Positions 53,838-64,000 of a DNA stretch of 64,000 bases are shown here, one piece after another. This DNA comes from Epiperipatus broadwayi. Taxonomy: Eukaryota > Animalia > Onychophora. Location of the stretch: positions 12,276,001-12,340,000 of the forward strand of contig JAQFVV010000002.1 of the NCBI GenBank assembly GCA_028023455.1. The letters are read 5' to 3'. The notes beneath the pieces were generated by a model. The model did not search any database, was not told the origin of the DNA, and saw only the letters and a program-made list of their open reading frames with translations. The position numbers and the translations under genes were made by a program. Positions within the stretch are counted from its first letter, which is position 1. Every line of letters begins with the position of its first letter.

Positions 53838-55746
53838 GTTCAGTTTTCAACTATCTGCGCTTCGCAAATTAAAATATTATTTAGGATATAAATAAGTGAA
53901 AAGAGTTGTGATTTATTCAATTTTTGTAACATATGTCTTATACTAGTTGTGCCTGGACTTCATTTGTGTTAACAGAATAATATAAAGCAATTTGTATCTG
54001 TTTTAGTAGTTTTTATATTTATGTATTATTTAAGTGAAATAATAACAACAGCTATCAACATCAATATTTCAAAAAAATTAACTTTTTATGATCAGTTTTA
54101 CTACTGAATAATCTACTTTTAGTATTTTATTTTAAATATATTTCACACATAATAAACTAATTAGTATTATTAAGTATACACTCTGATATACATATAATAT
54201 ATTCAAGACATCAAAAACAAAAACATATAACAAAATTGACTAATTACAAGTAATAATCATTTATAAATAATAATTACTTTCATGGAATTTTTTCCTGCCT
54301 TGCTATTTAGAAGTTACATATTTAAATAAGCATTTTTTTTTCAAGAATTTTATCATTATTAAATTGCATTCTATTGATCAGAAGAATGCATTTCTGATTT
54401 ATATAATTACATACAATATTCATTTATATATATTTGTTTCAGGAAATGCAGTTCCTGGTATTCTATTTCTAATACATACGTATTTGTGTTTTTCAATATA
54501 TATATTCATCTATCTCTCTTTTCAATAGAATCATGTATTTCTAATTTAATTTATAGATATCATAATGTTGGCATATGGGGAGGGGGATAAGACTGATTTA
54601 ATCTCTAGGGTCATCTGATGATGTCCCTGTTCCTGGCTAAAATACTGTAAATTTATGAGATAGTATATTTTCTTTAAGTATTGATATAAGTACCTAATTA
54701 TTTATTCATTTTCATGCTTGTGTATGGTTGCTTAGTAAATTTCATTAATAAATATGAATGCCAATAATAGTAATTGAAATGTGTGTCCAAGTAAAAAAAA
54801 GCCTGATACTCCTTCAAGGTGCCTAAAATGCCATTTTTGAATCAATGCATATGTAATAACATACATTAGCTATTCACCACCAATTTTATATATAAAGGAT
54901 AATAAAAATATATTTTAAGGATTCTTTAAAATATTGTATGGGATAATTTTTTATATTGTTTAAAGCATACAATAAAAGATTGTTAATTTATTGTACACAC
55001 TTATTATTTTTAAAAGTAAATAATTTATTATATTTAATAATTTTTAATATTGTTTCAAGTAATTTATAAAGTACTATAGAAAAGTCAGCTTTTTAATTAT
55101 AATTCAACATTTTTCAGACATAAATAATGCAAAGCTACCACACATTTATTTTTGTTGATTTATTGCTTAAATTAAAACTAAGTACCACAAAGCAAAAATT
55201 AATAACCTATGTATGTATATAATGGATGGGTAGATAATAGATAAATAAAGACTAGAGAAAAAATATTTTCTCAATACTGTAGAAAAGTTAGCTTATTTTA
55301 TTTATTGAAAGTGGACATGTTTTAGAAAATAAATAATGGGCGCTTATCTCTCACACTTTTTTTCTTATATTTAGCCTATCTATTTGTTATCATATCTATA
55401 TTAGTATTTTAATTAATTAATGGAAGTTAAAATCTTTAAAATCAGGAAAATAGCCATGCAATTTTAATATTTTCTATATTAACTGAGCATATTTAAAATT
55501 TAATTGTCATGTGAGAATATACTTAAAGGGAAATAGTAAAATTTTATCAAATTCAGTAGTAATTCTCTTGCTGTACCACAGTATTTTAAAATTTACTTTT
55601 TCACATGTTAAATATATTTAAAGTGATATTCATTCCTAAACGGTTATAAATTTTATAGTAAAAGTTTATCAAATTCAGTAGTATTTCTCTTGCTATATCT
55701 ATGCCATTTTAAATTTTACTTTAACATGGGTTTTATGTATATTTAA

Positions 55747-56456
55747 CCTTTTCCTTGTAAAATATTCCAGTTGGCCAAGTGAGGTAAAACTCTAAACTTT
55801 TGATTGGTCAATTATAGAATCAGCAGTAAAAATATATTCATCTTTTAATATTATATTCGTTTTAGTTTCATTTGTAAAAGGTATTAATAATTTGTCAGAT
55901 TATGAAAGTGAATGAAAGTTTTTTCAAAAATAAATTTCTATTTATAATTATAAAAATATTCGATAGCAAAAGACCTAAAAAGAAAGTTAATGGATGTCAT
56001 TGATTTCTTTCTCAATTTACGTTCATATAAAAGTAAAGAATTTTTTACTAAAATCTTACTATTTTTCTAAAATAACTATATTTTCAGCATATTTTATCAA
56101 AATAATTTATAATATGCAAAAAAATACTAAAAAACCACTCTAAAACATTCATTTTCATTTTGAAAATCAATACAAAAAAGTTGGAGCAATAAAATTATTG
56201 ATAGGCGCTCTTCTTTTGCTTGAAATGAGAACCAACCAATCAGCATCTAGGAAAACCTGCCTTCTCCCATTGTTGTAGCTTCTAGAGCCAATATTACTGA
56301 TTTTTTACTTGTAAAATAATTCTAGAGAGGGCAGAATCTTATAGTACTTTTTAAGCTTTAAAATAATCATAAAAACACTACAGTAATGTGAAAACTGACA
56401 GTTTTCAAGTGACTTGAAGTTGTGATCGTATCCATGCATTTTTTTCTACGAAAGGG
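55747..56456. mobile_element. Non-autonomous TTAA-flanked (piggyBac-like) element, copy 2
   Basis: TTAA|CCTTTT (55743-55752) ... AAAGGG|TTAA (56451-56460). Homologous to 20.5-21.2 kb in the opposite orientation. Confidence 0.65.
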
Positions 56457-57699
56457 TTAAGCTAAAATCCTAAAAGTTTATCAAATTCCTATTATAACTG
56501 ATTTCAATTGTCATTATTCAAATGAGAAATTAAATACATGGTACAAATATAATTTAATACACTTAAAATATATTTACAAAATCAAATTTTACCTTGCTTT
56601 ACCAAAAACTATACTTGTCATTTAAAAAATGTTCCAACACTGTAATCTTTTAATCAGACCTGCTGCCCTCTTTTTTGGTTTTTATGAAGTAATTCAAAAA
56701 CAATTACAATACAGATTTTCTACACATTTTTATATTGCAAATATTTTTAAAACAATTAAAGCAAAAAATTATATACTAGTAAAATTCTATATATTAAAAA
56801 AAGGTTTGTCAAGATTCTTCAAGATTGGTGCAACATTTGTTGAATTATAAAGTCACAAACATTCAATCAAACTTTCACATTTATATAGATTACCAATTGA
56901 TAAGAATCTTGTAAACCCTCTCTTCTAATAAATTTAAAATAGAATAATAATCAAAATACAATGGCCTTTGTACATAACTATAACAATTATTTCATCTCCA
57001 AAATTTTCTCTAGAAATCAAAATCCTAATACATGACTACTAGACATACTATCATCTTAGATCATATTGTACTGATTACTGAATGTCTTCAGCAGATAACA
57101 TATATATATATATGCAAGTGAAAGCATATAATCATTAAAAAATTACCTTTAAAAAAACCTGCAAAACAAAAATTTTAATATGTATTTACTATATAATAAG
57201 TATCTCTAAAATGTTACATCTGGTTTAAATATTTTTATGATGAGAGGGCAAGTAACAGTATTATCTTTTCTTAAAACAGATGCTACTATTAGATAATGGG
57301 GAAGAATACAAATTAGATTAGAATTTTATTCAAGAAGCAATTTTTTTTATTTCGACTGCTTATTAAATTTATAATTTTAATAACAATAAAAAGACTTCAA
57401 AGCTAAGGATTATGGCACTATTGCAAAATGTTTTGGAGAATTTAATGAGCAATAGAAAATACAAAAAAATTAAATATCTCAAATGAAAAAAAGATAGTTA
57501 AATGATAATTGAAGCCAAACATGACAAAATGCTGTAGTTATTTTTTTTCATTAGCTAATACAATTAAGGTAGCTATTTTTATTTACAGTCTCCATTATTA
57601 TTGATTGTCTTTAATATATTAATAAAATATCAAAACATTACAAATAAACTTAAAAAAAAAAACACTGATTTACATGAAACATTCAATTAATTGTTATAT

Positions 57700-58700
57700 T
57701 ATTATCTTCAATTCGTCAAGGGAATGAGAATAGGATGAAAATAATTTTTTCAATAAAGCTCAATCTTCTGCCATTTGATAATTTTCTAATTTTTATCTTT
57801 TTCCAAGTTATTCTAAGTTTATTTTGTCCAATCTTAAAGACTCCTTCACAGTATTTTATTATTTAATATATGGCCTATCTGTTGCATTTGTGGTATTAAT
57901 ATTTTATTTCTGAAGATCTGTTTATAAATATTTTATAAGTCAACTAAGATATTTTTAGGTCTCACATCATAGTATAGATTTCACATTGCATTCAAAAATC
58001 TGCAAATCCATTTAAATTTTTACTTCTCCAGTTCTTCATATCTGCACAGTAATAGCAACAATTCAGTCTTGTTTATTCTGCTTTCAATGCCTTATTTACT
58101 TTTATTTCAGATAATGAGACTTCTTAAATAGCAGAATCTATATGTTTTTTCCCAATATCTTAACTATTTATTGTAAATTGCAAACACCCAGCATTTTGTT
58201 AAGGCACAACATTTATATCATCTTGATTTTTAATTTATGATCAGTTGTCCATAACTTACTAGCAAGATATCTAACTTATATTAGCATAACATCAAATGTC
58301 TCAATGAGCCAAGACTAGTCATCCACATAGTCTAATCTTTTAGACAGCTATTTGAATGTTATTAAACCTTTCTTGAGTTTATTTCAGCCTTATGTATTAT
58401 TGCATAATTCAAATTCATGATGATGTGAGTAATCAATTATTTCACTCTTGACTGAACTTCTAAAAGCTCAGACAAGAAGCAGACTTTAATTCTTCACCTA
58501 GTGTGTGTCATACCTCTCTAATAAAATGAATCAATTTTTGAGTATAGTAAATATCTCCAGAATTCCCCTGGCCATAATTCTTTTTTGTGCTATTTAACAT
58601 TTAGTTTAAATTAACAGAAATATGTTGTGACTTCTGAATGATATAATGTAGGGAAATATATTAAATCATTGTATGACCTAATCAGAAATCAGTCTGTTCT
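57700..58700 (-). mobile_element. Decayed LINE RT relic (RTE-like)
   Basis: DYVDD-like motif at ~58313-58330 on the minus strand; little else is recognisable. Confidence 0.3.
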
Positions 58701-59168
58701 TAGAGAAGTTGTATGCCAAAAGATATTTTGATTCTTTCTATAATTACACAGATTAAATTTTTTCTTAATATCAATGGTAGTGTACCTTTTCAGTGTGATA
58801 AATCACATTTTCCACTACTGTTTTAAATGCATATGTAACCTAATGTAAACAAGAGAAATAACTGGATGAATAATTAGAAAAAAAAAATCCACTAATGAAA
58901 AATTACTAGCTGCAAGCAATAGCTTTTTTGAAATTTTTCTAGGAAATAAAAAATCATATGAATCAGCTTACCGCTAGAAATTTTAATTGCTATTTGTCTA
59001 GTAATGCCATAACTTAACACTTTTCCCTAATAATTAAATGGATTCATTAATCATCCATGAACATATTTGATTTAAAATTTGTAATAGAATGTCTTGAGAT
59101 CTAGTAAGGTGGCATGGTTTGAAGTTGCTTTACCTCATCATGTTGTTTTACGAAATAATGTACTAGTG

Positions 59169-59619
59169 CAGGGATGGGCTTATAGCGGCCCACAGGCCAC
59201 ATGTGGCCTGCTAAGAGTGTTTTTGAGGCCCATCAAGACAGTCAGAAAAATCTGCCTTGAACCGAGATTTCCTTCCTGTGTGCAACCGAAGATTCATCTC
59301 GTATTTTCCACTAGGACAGCCATGTCAAACCGCATGTGCAGTGTAGATACAATGCACCGTGTTTTTCCAGTTGATCTGGTTAATTTCAATTTTGTCTTTG
59401 CAACAGTAAATATATAAATTTCCAACTTTAGTGAAACCATGAACCCTCCAAAAAAAATGTAAAATAAGTGATGAATGTTGAGTGTTTAATGAAGAATGGA
59501 CACGCAAATATTTCTTTGGTAATACAGGGAATAAAGCAGTATAATTATTGTGTCATAAAAAAGGTGCAGCCCTCCACTTCCACAAAGTGGCCCCCGAGCC
59601 AAAACAATTGCCCACCCTG
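59169..59619 (+). mobile_element. 451-bp internally deleted SPIN/Buster-like hAT derivative
   Basis: Ends CAGGGATGGGC / TTGCCCACCCTG. TSD TACTAGTG vs TACTAGTA (7/8). GGCCAC repeats. Retains the transposase N-terminus (MNPPKK...VFNEEWTRKYFF...LLC). Confidence 0.85.
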
Positions 59620-62403
59620 TACTAGTACACCAAAGAGCATTACTAAAAACCAGCTTTAATTTGTTCTATAATGACCATAATTATTTCTAGGAATATTATT
59701 ATTTCTAAATAAACTGGTTTCATAATGAGATTTATCCCTTTTCAACTCTAATAAATGCATTTGGATGCCAATTCAGTTCCTAGAAGATAAAATGATTTTT
59801 GAAGAACACACCTATATATATATAAAACATGGGCAGACAAAGAATGTTCATAAGAGAATAAAGAATTTACACTGACTCAAAATTATGTTACAATAATTTG
59901 AATGCAACGAAGTTAGCAATAGAGACAATGATTTGATGAATTAATAATATGACATACAGAAGTTACAATACCATATTGTTAAGATAATTAATCTGTATTC
60001 ACAAATTCAAATCTTACCTTATTTATTTATTATTATCATTATTAACTTATTCTAAAGTGGGTTACATTGATGTGTACAAATTAATCTAACACATAAAATA
60101 TAATATTGGTTAACTAATAAAAATGAACATATTAATAAAATATAAATACTAAAATCAAATATTCAAAAATATAAAATACTTTAGGTATTAAATATATAAT
60201 GAATAATTATGGTCTTCTTTAATACAAGTCTTTACAAAAATGAAAAACTTATCTAGCATTTTGCAACATCAAAATCTGTGCACACATTTATGAGTAGACT
60301 TTTTATAAGTTAAATACTAATTAAAAAATTTTCAGTTATTAAATGAATGTGTTTACCCTAATTTCACTTTTTTTTTCTAGTATTATAAACACTTATGAGG
60401 TATTCTCTTCAGGCTTTGGAAGATTTTGCAACAAGTCATCCCTTGATTGATCAGTGTTAATTATATCACATGGTCAAAAGAGATTTGCAACTTAAAGAGT
60501 CAACTAGCAAACCATATTGTGAACACTGTCAAGAAAATGGTATGAGAACCCTGTCAGTCTTAAAAAAATATAATTTTACTTTACACTAATCACTTTGTAG
60601 CCATTCTATTACATTTCAATAACTTGTAAGTGATCATTCTGGTTTTTTCATGGATGTTTGTATTTTTATTTATCTTCTGGGGAAACTCGGTATTGAATAA
60701 CTAATAAGCCAATAGTTCTCAATGTCTCAAGCAGGGCCACCACATGCAGGTGATGTGGGATACAAAAGCACTTCATCAATGGAGATGCCATATGACTGCA
60801 ACAACTAATAAAATTTATATTTAAATGAAAATATTTAGATTTCTGAAAATACATTCTGATTGTAAATATTTTTTAACAATCCAGTGTTAGAAACACATTC
60901 TGATTGTAAATATTTCTTATTTAAATATGAGAGAAATATTTTATACTTAGTTTAGTTACAATTGCTTGATATATACTACACTAAACCAAACAGATTGGCA
61001 ACTATATCACCATAATGATTAACAAAATTTATATATAAATGAAAATGTTTAAATTTCCAAATCACTTTTATTTAAATACCCTAATTTATGTTTTAAAAAA
61101 TGACATTATTTAGAAAATATTACATCGTAATAATTATGGTTATTCTGCAATATGTTGGACAATGGTCATATAATAGGTTTGTGTTTATGTTTAAAGGAGC
61201 AGTATAATATCTTCAAAATAGTGCATTGGTTGAGTATCATCATGGGACTAATTCTGGTGCTCAATAAAGATAACCCTGATATTATTTTTTACATGCTTAC
61301 TATTCTGTTTTTCCTTAGATTTGGACTGTTATGAGGTTTGTTATCTACCTAAAAAGTCATAAGTCATCCACATTATTATCCAAATACATCTGCAAATTAT
61401 TGTTTTTTTTTATTGTAGGCAGTTCAAATTCAAGGAAAACTAAAATAAAAAATACACTTTTGGGAAAAGATATTATAAGTCAAATTATTTAATTCTTAAC
61501 AAATTTCATATTATCAATATTATATCGTTTAATGCCATTATGTTAAATATAACAGAATAACATTAAAATAAAGTGCAAATACAAGTTAATGACTCCTAAA
61601 AAATTGTAGAATAAACAATATATGAAAATTCAAAATGATGGACTATATAATACATATATAATAAAATATAGCATGTACAATACAATTAAATTATTAACAA
61701 TGAAATAAACACAAAAATTAAACAGTAGTGTGAATATGTTATTATCGAATAAATACAATTGTTAATAAAAAACATGAGAGATTCTGAATTAAATAAAAAG
61801 TAATGAATGGATTTTGAAATAAACAAGAACTATTTTTAACAAACAAATTGATATGCAAAACTTATATTTTTAGTGAACCCAATGGAGTCATATACATTGT
61901 AAAGGTAGGTAAACTAGAAATAGAATTACTTATATAAAATTATATATAAATATCAGATAAAAATTAGTTGAAAATTCTATTAGTCAGGTTGCTAATATGG
62001 ATTTTCCTAAAAATAAGTCTGGTCATATTGTTATTTATTACATGGAGAAAAAATTTCTAGAAATTATTTTGTGACAGCCAAATTTAAGAGAGTTAATATG
62101 TAAACAAAAAGATAAAAGTATAAATAATTGCATATTTTTAATTATAAAATTCATTTTGTTTTAATATAGAAATATTATTTTATGAGATGGGAGGTATTGG
62201 AATTTAATTTGCACAAAGGTACCTTTTAATCATACAATGGCTCTAGTCTCGAGTGCCTAACTAGACTCAGAATTTAAAATCTCAAATGAATAAGCTTATT
62301 TCATATCTGCTTATTTCAAAATATATAACATTTTGTTTTTATTTACATTTCACAAGTGTCTGGTCTATAATTAGGTTGGATGTATTTATATATATATGTC
62401 AAA

Positions 62404-62448
62404 GCAGTGACCAAGAAGCGAACCTGGGCGTGCTACCACCATTGATGC
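62404..62448 (-). other. Internally deleted tRNA-Gly-like / SINE head fragment
   Basis: GCATCAATGGTGGTAG...CCAGGTTCGCTTCTTGGTCACTGC contains a B-box-like GGTTCGCTTC. Confidence 0.35.
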
Positions 62449-64000
62449 ATTTTTAATAAATAAAAAACTTTTTTCTTTGCCTGATTATACATGGATTGAG
62501 TTTTTTTTTATAATTATTTAGACTTTTAATTTAAAGTCTGTTTTCTTTGTTTTTTTAACAATTTGAGCTATTTGATTTCTAGAATTTATCTGATTTCTAG
62601 AATTCATTTATAAATTATATATAAAATTGATTATAAATTTAAAATTTATCATGTATTCATTCAGACTTAATTTTAAAAAAAAAAGAAATGTGACTCATTT
62701 GTTCCTCACTTCCCAAGAAAATATAATTTCTTCAACTTTAAGATATTTTTTCCTCAAAAGTTATTTCATATTTTTACTACATATATGTAAGCCACATATA
62801 CACACCCAATAAATGATATACCATTGTTCATTATACATTCAATTGTTATGTAATCAATCACTTGATTTAAATTCAGATTTAATCTGTACCAAATAATGTG
62901 ATCTATATGACTGTTTCATAACATTCTCCCTTCTCTTAAAGAGAAAAAAACAACCATTCTGAGCATCTTTTTCTCTTATTTTTCTCAGAATCTAGTCTTT
63001 TTCTTTACTGCGTACAGATTTACACAATGAAAGCCCTTTATTTTCCCTTGTTTTTTTTTAGATCACTACCTTATTTAACTGAGAATGTCTTTCATTAAAA
63101 TAGCTCTATTGAATGTCTACAGATTATACATATTTTCATACTAAAATATTATCACTGCCTGGAATATATTTTGCTCATTTCATCAGTGATCTAAAATTTT
63201 TAATTTTCTTTCCTATTTTACTTCACAATAATAATATTTAATCAACTTTGCTCATGATTTGTTGCTAATCTACAAAATTAATTTTCTTTGAGTCTACTAA
63301 ACTTTTGTGACATTTATATTATCAAATGTTATGTTTAATATATTTCTCTTGGAATTTTAATTTTTTCCCAACTAGATTAATACATTCCTTCCTTGCTAAA
63401 ACAAAAATTTCATTATCAGTAGGATCTACTGTCATGATGATGGAAATTCAGGCTATTCTCCTTTCAAAAATGATAAAAGATATGAAATGAAATTATAAAT
63501 GCGAATGTGTGTCTTCTATGGTAATCTGGAAATACTTAGCAATTATGAATCAGGTATAACAAGTCTAATTGTAGTAACTCACAGCAGTGAACCAAGAACA
63601 ACATGCCTGGTAAATAAAATTTTTGATAAAAGCAGAAACTCAGCATGAAACAGATAGATAAAACCAAAAACAAATATCTGATATGAGTATCTAAGGTTTC
63701 AAGAATTTATCAGTACAAACACATGATCAGCTTGAACACATAGTATTATAACGTTTCACCTCCAAATATATTAGATACTTCTTCAATAGTATTCAATCAT
63801 CTGCTCTCCAATAAATCATTGAAAATATTCAAAAATATAAAATCTCCCTACCCTACTTCTTCCAACTCTAGAAATAATAAAATATCCCTTTTCTTTTTTT
63901 ATTCCTCTTTTTAAAATGGCTTTAAAATTCAGGCATTTTAAGTGTTTTTGATTCCCTTTGCATCTTCTGCTAGAAATGCATTTTATTCCTGTTTTATGGC

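Noticed and set aside
60851-60915. 21-bp direct repeat 44 bp apart (similar small duplications at 10382-10417 and 55540-55720)
   Set aside because: Ordinary local duplications with no further structure.
8527-63000. Most remaining 60-100-aa ORFs in the track
   Set aside because: Rich in AT-codon residues (F/I/L/K/Y/N) with no domain motifs, as expected by chance in AT-rich DNA.

Overview
AT-rich eukaryotic (probably invertebrate metazoan, inferred) DNA made mostly of transposable elements of different ages. No rRNA, CRISPR array or confidently assignable host CDS was found. Clear elements: a 3.08-kb SPIN/Buster-type hAT transposon with perfect TIRs and an 8-bp TSD (3679-6754), and a full-length 6.14-kb L1/Tx1-clade LINE with a 16-bp TSD (11805-17945). 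Also present: a decayed Ty3/Gypsy gag-pol, RTE-like relics, hAT/Tc1/piggyBac-like MITEs and a tRNA-Gly-derived pseudogene. The most interesting signal is a set of small non-coding retroelements at ~22.1, ~24.1 and ~43.6 kb. Two carry clear minimal type I hammerhead ribozyme motifs and the third a positional relic. All three share one architecture: 13-14-bp TSD, inverted 5' segment, sense monomer(s), ~50-nt 3' tail. Remnants of a Penelope GIY-YIG endonuclease with a hammerhead-like motif (36.8-37.65 kb) are the candidate autonomous partner. An L1 fragment at 38.4-39.55 kb also appears to be a twin-primed 5' inversion. All alignments and translations were done by eye.
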